Made by a program: the position numbers and the translations under genes. Positions 1-13,348 of a DNA stretch of 64,000 nucleotides are shown here, in pieces; the first letter of the stretch is position 1; each line of letters opens with the position of its first letter. The notes beneath the pieces are model-generated. The model was not told the DNA's origin, searched no databases, and saw nothing but the letters and a program-made list of their open reading frames with translations. The DNA comes from Eledone cirrhosa. Taxonomy: Eukaryota. The stretch spans positions 74,152,001-74,216,000 of the forward strand of contig OZ024745.1 in NCBI GenBank assembly GCA_964016885.1, in the 5' to 3' direction.

Positions 1-1006
1 TGTATGTGTGTGTGTGTATGTATGTATGTATATGTGTATGTATGTATGTATGTATGTATGTATGTATGTATGCGCGTGCGTGTGTTTATGGCTCTAAATA
101 TTTAGGCGTATACGCATAATAAAAACCTAATTTTTTCTGCATAAAACAAATATAGAAAATGCAGTCATATATTTATAGCAATATTCAATTATCGTCACGA
201 ATGATTTGAGTGAAAGATTATAACCAAAGAAGGTCAAATAAAATACATATAGATTTCTGAATGTATAGAAATATAAGCATGAAAAATGTATAAAAGTGGA
301 AATTGTGATGGTGTGAACGGTTGAAATATAGCCGAATGGTTCCGAAGTTTGCTTCACAATTATAACATTTGGGGTTCATTAGCACTGCTTGCCATCTTAG
401 GTAAGCTTTGTTTTTATCATAGCCTCGAGTGGATCCATGTTATATCAGCAAAATAGGGATGACGGAAATGTTTAAAAGCCCATCAGATAAACCGTACCTG
501 TAATTCAGAGGGCGTCTTGTAACAGTGTATCACGATAAATCTCCTTGTGAATTACATTAAATATATACATGCCTATGGAATACTCAGCCACTTAGACACT
601 TATATACATTGTGTGTCTGTTTGTTCATGTGTGTGTGTGTGTGTGCAACAGTGGCGACTCTACTTCATCACGCTTAATGGAGACAGATCAAAGTCATATA
701 CGTAAACTTTTCCACTCGACGCTTTTTTTGATCGTTCAGCTTGTTCGTTTCACGGAACTAAATGTTATGAGGCCGAGGTAGCTTCAATAAATTTGATCTT
801 GTAATATTATAAAGTTGAAACACAGCTATATATCCTCGAAGAAAAGATTAATGAATTAATACTATGCAAATTATGTTTATCCTTAATAATTCCAACGGGA
901 ACTTTTCAGGCCGAGCCTTTCATTTGTATCCGAGTAAATAGTGATATCGACTTTACTTACAAGGACAGCAAATTTGGGGATGGGGTCTGGACAAAGTTAT
1001 TAAATT

Positions 1007-2311
1007 ATGTTCAAATTTAATGGAAAAACATATGCCCAAACGGAGGGAGCAGCCATTGGTGTTAGCATTGCAGGTGACATAGCTAACCTATTCATGGTAT
1101 GGTGGGACAATAAACTTAAACTTAAACTTAAAGAACAATTAGAAGACAGCAACCTCTTAACCCTGATAATGTACTCCCGCTACGTTGATGATATAAGCAT
1201 TGTAGTAAAAACACCCCCACTAGAGAACAGTCAGGAATTAGAGAAAAGCACCATGGAAAGCATCCGGCAAATAACTAACTCCATCCACCAGAGTATTAGA
1301 GTTACTATAGACTACCCAAGCAAACACCCCAACCATCGATTACCTGTACTAGACACAGAGCTCTGGTTAGAAACCATTAATAACAAAAAACAAATCCTCC
1401 ATTCTCATTATGTCAAACCCATGACTTCCAAATATCTGATCAACCGAAACTCAGCTGTTTCGGATCACACCAAAATCAACATACTGATTGCGGATTTGGT
1501 ACGGGTGATGAGAAACGTGTCCCGCATGTGCAACCCCAAAGAACTAGAGAGACACATACAACACTTCATCCACCGTATGCAGTTCTCTGGTTACAATCAG
1601 AGAGATAAAATCAGAGTATATAGAGGAACCAGAACCAAATGGTATAAAATGGTAAATAATGATACAAATGGGACCTTCCCCTTGTATAGGAGCAAATTTT
1701 GGAATAGAATAGAAAGAACTAGGAATAAGGTTAATAGAATAAACTCATGGTATGATAGCAATAAATACCAGAGTGTAATGTTCATCAATACAACCCCTAG
1801 AGGTGAATTAGCTTACAAATTTAGAAGGGCCCTAGATAAACATAAACTTAATATTAAGATAGTAGAAAGACCAGGTACCTCCATAAAAACACGTATTAGC
1901 AATACATACCCTTTTCAAAGACCTCCTTGTATAGATAAGAAATGCATAATCTGTAAACTAAGCCCCCATATTAACTGTAAAACTAGAAATGTAGTATATA
2001 ACATAAGATGTACTGAAGGACAATGTAAAGAAAAGAATATAGTGTACATAGGTGAGACAGCTCGTAGTATAGGAGAACTGTTAAATGAACACTGGCGAGA
2101 ACTTCAAGATAAAAAAGAATCATCAATACTCCACCAACATGCTAAAATAGAACATAAGGGCAAATTAGAGAACATAGAAATAAAAATAGAATCTACACAC
2201 AGAAAAGACGCAATGTTTAGACAAATCACAGAGGCAATAAACATAAATGAACTCCAACCAAAATTAAATAGAAAACATGAATGGAATAGCAACATCACAA
2301 CTTACAATTAA
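1007..2311 (+). CDS. PLE reverse transcriptase (C-terminal part) plus GIY-YIG endonuclease, 5'-truncated
   Basis: 434-aa open frame with YVDD, Cys-rich linker and VVY-x-YIGETAR...EA...P-LN; N-terminal RT motifs absent. Confidence 0.88.
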   Translation: MFKFNGKTYAQTEGAAIGVSIAGDIANLFMVWWDNKLKLKLKEQLEDSNLLTLIMYSRYVDDISIVVKTPPLENSQELEKSTMESIRQITNSIHQSIRVTIDYPSKHPNHRLPVLDTELWLETINNKKQILHSHYVKPMTSKYLINRNSAVSDHTKINILIADLVRVMRNVSRMCNPKELERHIQHFIHRMQFSGYNQRDKIRVYRGTRTKWYKMVNNDTNGTFPLYRSKFWNRIERTRNKVNRINSWYDSNKYQSVMFINTTPRGELAYKFRRALDKHKLNIKIVERPGTSIKTRISNTYPFQRPPCIDKKCIICKLSPHINCKTRNVVYNIRCTEGQCKEKNIVYIGETARSIGELLNEHWRELQDKKESSILHQHAKIEHKGKLENIEIKIESTHRKDAMFRQITEAININELQPKLNRKHEWNSNITTYN

Positions 2312-2512
2312 GGACAAAATGAAAACACACACACACACATAGAACAAACAACCAACCAGTAACATGTAAATAAACAAATAAATAAACAAATAAAAACACA
2401 CACAGACACCCGGATGTAACACATGCGCAAACTAAGCACACAACACACACAAAAACTAGATGGCGTAGGACAGAACAAAGGAGTGGCACAAAACAAAGCA
2501 AAGAATCCCCAG

Positions 2513-2552
2513 TCACTGAAGAGGTCACAGAATGTGTTTGAAAGAACTTTGA
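2513..2552 (+). ncRNA. Minimal type-I hammerhead ribozyme in PLE pseudo-LTR
   Basis: tca CTGAAGA ggtcaca-gaa-tgtgttt GAAA gaac TT tga; weak stem II, 2-bp stem III, 3-bp stem I. Confidence 0.6.
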
Positions 2553-2697
2553 ATATATGAACAACCGTCCGGTTATGGAACCAACCAACCAACCGGAAAT
2601 TTATAAATTCTTAAATTTATAAATTTAATTTATAATAAATTGGAGTGAAAGCAACTGGTGCGTGTGTTTCTTATTGGCAACATGACCCTCCCAAAGC

Positions 2698-2780
<83 letters not shown>

Positions 2781-2824
2781 GTACTGCCTCCATGATGTTT
2801 TTTTGTTTTTTGTTTACTGTCTCA

Positions 2825-2861
<37 letters not shown>

Positions 2862-3023
2862 GACAGTCGATCGACTTTCGTCAAATCGGACCGAGGAAAC
2901 AATTGTTCCGTTGGTCTCCCCAATTGCTAACACTATCTATTGGTCGCAACTCTCGGTAGAAGAAACAACGTGAAATAAAGTGTCTTGCTCAAACAATTCT
3001 CTAACTACTCAGTCACCCACCTT

Positions 3024-3149
<126 letters not shown>

Positions 3150-3839
3150 TTGCGTTGTGTGGGAATGTGCATAGCTATATGGTTTTGTGTATGTGTCTCT
3201 ACGTGGTGGACTATCAAAGGCGCGACAAGGCAATAAAACCTCTTGGTACAAGCTGCTATTTTGATGGTTGCAAATTAACCAAAGGAAAATAAATTTATGT
3301 TTAATGCTATTTACTACAAAGATTTTCTATATCCATTGAGTGATGACGTGTAGAACTAGCTGGGAGAAATATTTTGATTAGGAAGAAGCAAATAAACTTT
3401 AATAATATATACGATTAATACAAAAGGGTTTTCATGAGAAGCGATTTAGGAACATGAAATATAGGAGATATTATATTGCTATTTGTAATAATAAAATATA
3501 AAATCAAAATAAATAATAATTATAATATATTTTATTTGTCACGAAACTGACGGTTGAGGGAGTACTAAAAGGATAAATTATAAAATGTTGGTGGTTGACA
3601 GAGAAACGATTATGAAAAGTAAAAAGAACTCACGTGGGAAACAAAACTACATAGATGCTATGAAATAACATATTTACATACGGTGACAACCAATCACAGA
3701 ACCGCACAGATTTAATTTACAGTAAGTCCCCAAATTAAGAACGAGTTCGTTTGTTGATTTGTTCGTAAGTTGATCGTCTTACACTATACTTACCAGTAAG
3801 CCCATATATGTTACATTGATACTGCAGGTTTCCATATGA

Positions 3840-3952
<113 letters not shown>

Positions 3953-3984
3953 ATATATAATATATTATATAATATATAATAACA

Positions 3985-4490
3985 TCTGGTTGTGAGCTTT
4001 TATTCGGAATGTTTGAGCGGAAATTATATTTCCCTTGTTAGCACTTTGAATTTACCCGCCAAAAACCGGGGGTTGCTTCCCTTGTTGGAAATAACACGTG
4101 ACAACGAAATGTTCGCTGGCTGCCTTCTTAGCGGCCGCATTTTGTTTGTTCACACCGCTTTGAGGCAGAACGGAATCCCTGTTGATGAAATGAATCCTCT
4201 GTTCGATCATAGAATACCACGAGCGTGTGTGTTACGTAAGTTGGATAAATGATTTCGGATTCATAGAAACACTTTAGACATATATCGTTTGATTTGTCCA
4301 GGTGTATCTTTTAACCTGTTAGTTCTTTCGTTACTTTGGTATTGTATGGTTGGGCTTTGCCTACTGCAATGTTCAATTTGTCAAGCTATTTAAACGTATG
4401 TTATTGAGTGCTTTGCTAACTCATTCCTATTGTAGGTCGACGTTGCTTGCCCACAGTCAAAGGTTCGATTTTATTAAGCTTCCAATTATA
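3985..4490 (+). mobile_element. (TA)n-embedded PLE-like terminal fragment with degenerate HHR
   Basis: TTGATGA 4182-4188, stem II atgaatcc/ggattcat, GAAA 4266-4269; (TA)n on both sides. Confidence 0.45.
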
Positions 4491-4512
4491 TATATATATA
4501 TATATATATATA

Positions 4513-4797
4513 TCACAACCGTGACTAAACTAACCCCACTGAAAAGTTTCGTGAAATAGTCTTTTAAGACTATATAGTGCATTGGTAGTTTTCCCCAAAT
4601 TGACAGTTAAGTATCTTTTCTTGATTTTATTTTGAGTTAAGATTGAATGGCTTTTTTTCCCAACTTACACAAAGTCTGAGGATAAAGCTTTTCTTCTTGA
4701 CTTGTTTTGAATTAAGATCGTATTACTTATCCCACATATTACGTTAAAATGTTTGAATTATTGTTGGCTTTTTGCTTACATTAATTTCTCTACTTTC

Positions 4798-4800
<3 letters not shown>
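4513..4800 (+). mobile_element. (TA)n-embedded PLE-like terminal fragment with degenerate HHR
   Basis: CTGAAAA 4539-4545, GAAA 4553-4556, 8-bp stem III atagtctt/aagactat followed by A. Confidence 0.4.
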
Positions 4801-4834
<34 letters not shown>

Positions 4835-4837
<3 letters not shown>

Positions 4838-5038
4838 CGAAGGAAATGTGGTAAGGAACCAGGTGGACCATAACGCATCAAAGTACTCAATACTTAGGGT
4901 TGTAGAGTGGGTAATAGGAACGAGTAGGACCCCGACGGCTGAGCTCAAGCCGTTTCGACAGCTAATTCTGGACGGCTAATTCAGTCCAGAATTAGCCGTC
5001 AAAACGGCTTGAGCTCAGCCGTCGGGGTCCTACTCGTT

Positions 5039-5042
<4 letters not shown>
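4835..5042. mobile_element. Fold-back non-autonomous element carrying the 3' half of an HHR; second copy at 51700-51896
   Basis: About 60-bp inverted arms 4914-4973/4984-5043; GAAAC-ggc...gcc-GTC-gggg motif; (TA)n flanks. Confidence 0.7.
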
Positions 5043-5118
<76 letters not shown>

Positions 5119-5139
5119 TAGATAGATATATAACAAGTA

Positions 5140-5458
5140 ATAATTGTTTCTACTATTGGCACAAGGCCAGCAATTATCCCAGTGTATTACTGGTAATTTA
5201 TTTTATCGACCCCGTAAGGATGAAAGGTAAATTAATAATGGTTTCTTATATAGGCACAAGGCCAGTAATTTGGGGGGAGGGGAAAGTCGATTAAATCGAC
5301 CCCAGTGCGTGACTGGTACTTTATTTTATCGACCCCATAAGGATGAAAGGCAAAGTTAACCTCGTCGGCGGGATTTGAACTCAGATCATAAAGAACCGTA
5401 ACTCTATGCTGCAAAGCATGGCGTCCGACCCTCTACCGATACTGCCAATCCACCGCCC
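5140..5458 (-). mobile_element. tRNA-derived SINE with Nin/Deu-like central domain (one partial and one full copy)
   Basis: Reverse complement of ggcggtggattggcagtatcggtagagggtcgg...gttcaaatcccgcc...gcctttcatccttacggggtcgataaaataaagtaccag. Confidence 0.8.
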
Positions 5459-5559
5459 TTTAGGCAAATTAATAATGAACTTAAATAATGTAAGCTAATG
5501 ACAATAAATTGTTAAAGAAAACATGTACTTTTTCAATTTTGCGAAAACAGAATGGTATC

Positions 5560-6090
5560 CCATACTGTAGGTACGATTTCGACTTGTTTTTATGCTGCAA
5601 AAAAAAAGGAACCCTTCTTTATGCTACAAAAGAAGTATTCATCATTCTCACTCGTGGTTCAACAAATCTACTTCCCTCTCCAGTCTCACTTTACACTGCA
5701 AGAGAAACTTGAAGTTGGTGATGGCTTGGCGGAAGAGAAAAGTTTTTCTCGTCCACCCTTTCAATCTTATATACTACCCAATCATTTTCCTCTTAAACAA
5801 GAAAATTAGTAAAGATGTCTACCCTTCCCAGACAAAGGAAGGCAATGGGTTGACTTTCACGATGGACACGACCGATAGCCGGATCCGCCCTAATCGGGGC
5901 AACAGCTTTTCGACATATTTTCATAACTCAGCTATACTGAGAACTTGAACAAGTGTACAGAGAACAGTTTCATTGCTCTACAGACATCTGTGAGGCCCTG
6001 TTAGTGCCACTTCAGTATTCTTAAATTTTACTCCCAGCAGATAATGCTCCTCGATAGTTCTGTGACGCAGAGATATATCTGGAAGCAGCG
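5560..6090 (-). mobile_element. Possible degraded L1/Tx1-like LINE 3' fragment
   Basis: Weak peptide resemblance only (AITNFKFLLQCKVRLERE) in GC-richer sequence. Confidence 0.25.
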
Positions 6091-6220
6091 GGGTAGCTAG
6101 CAGAGAGAGGGAGAGTAAAAGTGAGAGGAAGAAAGGGAGAGAAGGAAAGAAATGGGGAAGAATTAATAGCAACATCTCTCACTAGAGAGCACTAACAAGT
6201 TTGATTTAGAACGTAGCACA

Positions 6221-7300
6221 ATGGAAAGCATCCAGCAGATAGCTAATTCCTTACACCAAAGTATAACTGTAACTATCGACTACCCTTCCAAACACCCTAA
6301 CAATAGACTACCTGTATTAGACACGGAACTCTGGATTAACACTATAGACGAGAGAGCCCAAATTCTCCACTCACACTATGCTAAACCCATGGCCTCCAAA
6401 TACCTGATACTCAAAAACTCAGCAATGTCCAGTAGTGCTAAGTTTAATATTCTGATCCCAGATTTGGTACGAGTGATGAAGTATGTGTCCCGCATGTGCG
6501 ACCCAACAGAAATGGAAAGACACATCCAACACTTCATCAACCGCATGCAGTTCTCTGGCTACAACCAAAGAGACAGAGTCAGAGTATACGAAGGAGCCAT
6601 GGAGAAGTATAAGACCCTCATAGAACTGGACATGAAAGGAATTTGCCCATAATACAGGAGCAAATCATGGAATAGCTTAGATAGGGCTAGACATAAGATA
6701 GGGAAAGCCACCTCATGGTACGACAACCAGAGATACCAGAGTGTCATGTTTGTGGACGCTACCCCTGGTGGGAAATTAGCTAACCAGTGTAGAAAGGCCC
6801 TGAGAAAGACCCACTTAAAGATTAAGGTGGTAGAAAAGCCAGGAACCACCATAAAATCCCTGATCAGCAAAACCTACCCTTTTAAGAAAACCCACTGTAC
6901 TAATAGGAAATGTATCATATGTAAGGTAAACCCCCGGATAAATTGTAAAACTAGAAACGTAGTCTATAGCATAAGATGTACAGAGGGTACTTGCAGAAAC
7001 ATGACAACAACATACATAGGCGAGACAGCTCGTAGCATAGGTGAAAGGATAGACCAACACTGGGTGGAACTTAAAGGACGAAAAAACGGTTCAGTACTAT
7101 ACGAACATGCCAGACAACAACACGACGGTAACATAGACAACATAGAAATTAGAATAATATCTAAACATAGAAATGACCCAGCAGATAGGCAAATCAGAGA
7201 GGCCAGTGAAATAGAACTTAGAAGGCCAAGGCTAAACAGAAAGAATGAATGGAATAACAACAACACCCAAACAAACAACACTGACCTAAGAGAAGTATAA
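6221..7300 (+). pseudogene. PLE RT-thumb plus GIY-YIG frame broken by one in-frame stop
   Basis: ORFs 6221-6652 and 6746-7300 share a frame; TAA 6650-6652 replaces the Leu of PLYRS seen in copy 1. Confidence 0.88.
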
Positions 7301-7563
7301 ATAAATAAATAAATAGATAAATAAATAAATACATACACAAGCACAATAACAACAAACACATATAAACACACACTAGTAAAGATAGAATACATTAACCAAT
7401 ACACAGTCACCCAATCACGAACAAACATCAAACAAAACACTATACACACACGCAAACGCATGCGCAAAGAAGACAAAATAAAATAAACAAATAAATAAAT
7501 ATATAAACAGACTAAATAAAGATGGCGTAGAAAATACAATGTAACGGGAGGAAACAATAGCAC

Positions 7564-7601
7564 CACTGACGATGTTGCAGATGTGCAACGAAAGATTTAT
7601 G
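7564..7601 (+). ncRNA. Minimal type-I hammerhead ribozyme in PLE pseudo-LTR
   Basis: ca CTGACGA t gttgca-gatg-tgcaac GAAA gatt TA tg. Confidence 0.7.
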
Positions 7602-7702
7602 ATAAACTATATATATGTGTTTGTGTCTATATTGTATCTGCATTGTTTTTGACCGTTGGTCAGTCAATGCCAACATTGTGGACCGAATAAATTAGATTAC
7701 CG

Positions 7703-7832
7703 GCCCTTGCCATTCTGAGTTCAAATCCCGCCGAGGTTAACTTTGCCTTTCATCCTTACGGGGTCGATAAAATAAAGTACCAGTAATGTACTGGGTAATT
7801 TGCTGGCCTTGTGCCAATAGTAGAAACAATTA
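7703..7832 (+). mobile_element. 5'-truncated Nin-like SINE with 57-bp target duplication
   Basis: SINE body; direct repeats 7646-7702 and 7833-7889. Confidence 0.85.
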
Positions 7833-8037
7833 TTTTTGACCGTTGGTCAGTCAATGGCAACATTGTGGACCGAATAAATTAGATTACCGATATAAAAGAC
7901 ACAGAAGCGAAAAGCGAAAACCAACCAAACAGTGAGTGTGTACTGTTATTAATTCTGGCAATATTACACAAATATGACCCTCCCCAAGTATAACAATATT
8001 TGTTTCGACACACGATTTCATATCAAAAGCCTCGCAA

Positions 8038-8141
<104 letters not shown>

Positions 8142-9243
8142 ATGTGTATATTGTTGACACGCTTACAACCTAGCTCAGTATGCATACCCAAATTAAATAA
8201 TATTCCACATATTTTGAAAAACATTTATATACATTAGAAATCAAATTTGAAATTTGCGTTTTTTTTTTGTCTTTTCGTATATTGATATGCAATAAATTCT
8301 CAGTTTAGAAGCTGGAAGCGATCTTATGTACTCAGTAGAGGAGTATACTATAGTTGCTCTTAAAATTAATTGGCAAAAAACATCCAATAAAATAATAAAT
8401 TCAATTGTATTTAAATTATACGAGCATTCCTCTGTTTAAATAACGTAGGAAGCATTTAAATTATTTTTCCAGTCTACTTTTGTAGCAAAGTCTTAAAGCA
8501 AACAACCCACCGAAATCTTAAGAAGACAGCAAGGTTTCGAAACAAAACCTTATCTTTATTGATCATACACTGAACAATCTTATTCTGCTAATTCAGACTT
8601 AGGAGTTAAGTCTCCATATTATTATTAGTGAGCGAATTAATCTGAAGTTCGTGATTAATTATCAGGAAAGCTAACTGAAGTTGCGGCAGGTTAAGGTGGA
8701 AGTGAGGTGATATTACACTCAACTTGGATTTGATTCACTCATAATTACCTCTTGACTTAGTTCTTGTTATCGATTCGAAATCTCGAATGATTTATTTTGT
8801 TTCTACGACTAAATCTTTCCTGATGTTTCGCAAGATAAAGCCTATCCTGTCACAAAAACGCAGTTCGTAAATCTCTTGTCATTATTTAGTTTTATAACAG
8901 GGCAATGAGCAGAAGCAACAGAAAAGTGTCGGATTAAATGCTTTGAGGTATTTATTTACATCTTTTAACGTCCTAAGTTCACATTTTGGTGAGGTTAACA
9001 GTCTTACCTCCTCTCGGGGTCTATAAAATTAGTAACAGATTTAATCGATTACTTCATCTCCCGCAGAAATATGACTGTGCGAAAGTTAGGAATTAATTTT
9101 TAGTTATATGCTTCATATTCTGAGTTCAAATTCCGGGTCTATTTAATTGATTTTGCATTCGCATAAAATTTATGTCCTTGTACCAAAGTTAGAATTCTCC
9201 AGGGAATCTCTCACTGACGAATGCATCTTGTTCGAATTTATTA

Positions 9244-9424
9244 TGGCAGTATCGGTAGAGGGTCGGACGCCATGCTTTCCAGTATAGAGTTATGCCCCTT
9301 TATGGTCTGAGTTCAAATCCCGCCGAGGTTAACTTTGCCTTTCATCCTTACGGGGTCGATAAAATAAAGTACCAGTAATGTACTGGAATAATTGCTGGCC
9401 TTGTGCCAATAGTAGAAACAATTA
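9244..9424 (+). mobile_element. Nin-like SINE
   Basis: Matches the family consensus seen elsewhere in the window. Confidence 0.8.
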
Positions 9425-10202
9425 TTTACTTTTAATTGTTCAGTGTTTCTTTACCTTCACTCAAAGTCTTTTAACTGTCCTATTAATTGGTGAAAAGAAA
9501 GAGTAATGTTTATTTCATTTCAAGTTTTCAGAGAAGTGAAACATCAATTTAGCTGAGTGATGTAATTCAATTAGGCCAGGTAAAGCAGACTAACCGAAGT
9601 ATCATGGGATTGTCGAGATATCCACTGTTTGACACATGACTTCAATACTAATATTAGAAAGTAATCAAAATTTCTCTTTCATCATTATTTTTGCGGAGAC
9701 TAAAAACTGCTAAACACCAATGTGTTTTGCATACAATTATCCTGTCTATTTGTGTTTGTGCTCTTTCATAATTCTCTGCCAAAGAATATTCTAATACGGT
9801 GGGGATTGTTATCGAAGATAAATTGGCATAATATCATGGGAATGAGGAATTCGACTTTCTACAATTTAACACAAGTGAATTCGTGGTAAGCATCAACTTT
9901 GCTTTCTGTAACTGCAGAGACATTTACAATATTTACAGTATTCTTAAACAAAAGAGAAAAAAAAATGTTTAGTAACTTTTAGTATTTTTTAGTATTTTAT
10001 TCAAAAACTCGTTTTTGAATAAACGTATAAATGTTTACTTTCGTATTGTAAATAAGCAACTACGTCAGAACCCATTTATTTGTTGCCTATGGTATATGAT
10101 ACAAGATTTTGAGGTATAAATCAATTAATTTTATGTTTTACAAGTTCATACATTTATCTAGAGAAAAGAGAAATATATAAATAAAGATTTCTTTATTAGT
10201 AT

Positions 10203-11545
10203 TTACACTGTCTCTCCTGAGTAAGGACAGGAGATAATGGTGGTGTTGGTAAGGAGGTTAGTTGTGGTGATGATGAGGTTGATGTTTGTGTTGTGTGTCT
10301 TATGGCTTTTACTTTTTTCTGTCCTTTTTTTTGTGATCGAAGTCAAATGATTTGTTTCTATTTTGTCCAAGTTCCCGCTTCTCCCCTCGCCACAATCCAT
10401 ATACTATTTTTCCAAATTCGGGATGGATATGTCCTCTTCTCGTGTTGTTTTTTGTTGCTATTGTTGTCACTTGTATTGGTGTTTGTTCTAGGGTCTGTGG
10501 GGCTGTTTATGCAGCTGTTGTTTTAGGAATTGTAGCTGCATATGTTTGTGTTGTTTGCTGCAAGGGATTTAGTGTTCTAAGGAAAGAGCTTGTTTCATCA
10601 CCCGTGGTATGTTGTGCGTGGACGGAAGCTTTGAGGTTGGTTTTTACACCACAAACATAGTACTTTGGCATTCTAACTTCTCCGGTTATGAGAAGGTTCG
10701 GAACGTCTGTAATGTCTATTATATCGAGGAAGGCCTAGATACACTCTTGTTACTTTGTTATGAGTAGCTCCACTTCGTTCCTGGCTAGTTTTTTCTTTTA
10801 ATTATGTAGGCTTTTAGTATCGTTGTTTTGTCCTCGACATCTACGGGGACAGCTGCTAGGAGCCAAGGAATATCTATTGCCAGCGACGAGTGGGACACCC
10901 AACTTCCTTCAAACTTTGTCTATAATAAGACGGCACTAAAATAAGTTTGTCACACTTAAAGGGAGTAAGGGAGTGGGGTTTGGACTCCTATGATCCAAAT
11001 CCTTATCTCGAGGGATGTGTGTTCTACGTGTCCCTAAACCAAAATGCTTTTTGGATGTGGGCCTTGGTAGCCCGCTCCACCTGGTGTGACGTTTGTACGG
11101 TATGTCACTGTACAATGATGTTGGCATTAAGTCATCTTTGTATCATTTATATCTCTCTTGCTTCTCCATCTGTGAATATTACTTTCTCTAATTATTTCAT
11201 CACCCTGCGAAGTAAGTGGCTGGCTGGCTGGGGTCGTATTTGTGTTGCTGGCAGCAGTTTCAGTTTGCTTTGAAACCGTGTCATTCGATGGTTGACTGAT
11301 CGGCTGGCTTAGTGGCGGGCAGCCCAACCATTGGTTGTCTGACGTGCTGGTGGTTGGTAAGTTCATTGACCGCATGACTGTTTGTTTTGTTGCAGTCAGC
11401 GGTGGTGGTGTTGTTATTGTTACTGTTGCCGCTGTTGTTGCTGTGGTGTTGGTGTTGAGTGGTGTTGGGTTTTTGTGGCGTCCAATGGTGGTGATGGTGG
11501 TGGTGTTACTGACTTTATCGTTGTTTACTCGTACCTTTCGACTCT
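10203..11545 (-). mobile_element. Degraded LINE ORF1 (gag-like) region
   Basis: Ser/Thr/Pro-rich N-terminal part; decayed zinc-knuckle-like GEVRMPKYYVCGVKTNLKAS near 10625-10685; many stops. Confidence 0.4.
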
Positions 11546-11567
11546 AGCTTATGTCTGAGGCAGTGTA

Positions 11568-11741
11568 TTGGCAGTATCGGTAGAACGCCCGGCACCATGC
11601 TTCGCGGCATAGAATTACGGGCCTTTACGTTCAAATCTCACAGATAAAATAAAGTACCAGTACTATACTGGGGTTGATTTAATCGACTTTCTCCTCCCCG
11701 AAAATTGTAGGCCTGGTTCTTAAATCAGAAACCATTATTAT
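11568..11741 (+). mobile_element. Nin-like SINE, diverged
   Basis: ttggcagtatcggtag...gataaaataaagtaccag...gaaaccattatt. Confidence 0.7.
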
Positions 11742-12307
11742 TACTTCTTGGTTACTTCAAACGTGTCTAATTTTTCATTGCTTTCAACACAAATTGTTAC
11801 AATTTTATTTAATTCGTGTTTATATTGTCTACTTTACATTGGGAAAAACACAGCCCTTATTTTTGAGACCTTCAAACAAAATATTTCAAAGAGCCTTCTT
11901 AGATTGTATGCAGTATTACAAATGGCATCATCTTCTCCAATCAATGATATTGTCAGCACCGTAAGAGACAACAACAACAAAAAACGAGAAAGTACTGCAG
12001 ACTACAACACATTCTTACCGCCTTTGATCCAAGTCCAATATTTGTCTTGGTGTCTACGTTTAGAATATAGGTATACATAGATAAATATGTGGTAATGTGT
12101 GCATAATTGTGTATGTGTAAGTATGTGTGTATGTATATACATGTGCAGTTATGTAGGTATGTATTTATGTATGCTTATACATATGCTTAGGTATGTGGAT
12201 GTGTAATTTTTAGTGTGTGTAAATATGTAGCAATATGAAAGCACTGACATAATTTTCACAATATCTTAACATCTATCAGCTAAAAATGAATTTTTAGAAA
12301 CAAACTT

Positions 12308-12376
<69 letters not shown>

Positions 12377-12589
12377 AGGTGGTGGTTGTATGTGTAGGAA
12401 TGTGGGTGTCTGACCGTGTGTGTTTTGTCACAGTAAACAACACTACGAAATTACTTAGCGGAATACTGATATATCGACACGTTACAATTAAGTCTTTTCT
12501 CAGTTCTCATCAACTCTGTTGCCAAATAAACAACTAGATGATTACATCAGTGGAGAGAAAGGAATTGCAAAGTAGTGGGGTATACATTC

Positions 12590-13348
12590 ACGCGCATGCG
12601 TAGTTTTTGGCGTGCTCACTGTATCAATCAGTTGCCGTCTGGTAATCAGCGTTTTAGGTGCAGTACCCGTTGATTTTCATCTCGACTGATACTACCAACA
12701 AGGATATTGAGTTCTTGAATGCCGAGATCACTGAAGCTGTGGCGTGGGTATATGTGTGTAAGGTCCTGAAACTAAATAATGGTCATCACAGTGGCAGCAT
12801 CCAACGTCTCCAATGCCTCCAAAACCACATCAGTTTTCTTCGAGTGCCGTGGCGTTGTTTATGACAAATACGCATGAGAAGGACCGACATTTGCAAAAGA
12901 GTACTATCAGGGAAAATTCTTCGACGTCTTTGTGGTGCAGTTGGGCGGAATAAACTGAGTCTGTGGCTCGTAATACTGGTGAGCTGTATCATGACAACTC
13001 CTCAGCACATTCGTCGTAGATAGTCAAAGGTTTCTTGGCAAAGAAAGGCATTTCATTCATTGGCTAGGCTCTCCACTCTATAGACATGGCTTCTTCTAAC
13101 TTCTAGATATTCGCTGAAAGTCTTCCGCTCTGAAAGTCTTCCGCTCTTAAAGTCTTCCGCTCTGAAAGTCGAAAGGACATCATGTAGACTGCGTGATGGA
13201 GCTGAGAGGTATTCGGGAAGAAGGCATTCTAGATATGCTTCGAAAAGTGGAACGATCACTGGACTGAGTAGGGCCACAAGTAGCCTACTTCAAACGGGAT
13301 TAGCAATTGTACGCCTATAATCGTATATTCTTTCAACAGACATCGTAT
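12590..13348 (+). mobile_element. Mariner transposon remnant
   Basis: Decayed VFFECRGVV...KEYYQ..LRRL...LYHDNSSAHSS..VKGFLAKKGI; 3' TIR-like ttctttcaacagacatcgta. Confidence 0.8.

Larger units (their letters stand above)
1003..2700 (+). mobile_element. Penelope-like retroelement (Neptune/Nematis-like), 5'-truncated, with 3' pseudo-LTR ending in (TA)n
   Basis: RT motifs QTEGAAIG and YSRYVDD, LPVLD, linker CIDKKCIIC, GIY-YIG (NVVY...YIGET); 3' region holds an HHR and ends ATGACCCTCCCAAAGCAT before (TA)n. Confidence 0.9.

Noticed and set aside
9212-9240. CTGACGA...cGAAT candidate
   Set aside because: No stem II pairing and GAAA is absent
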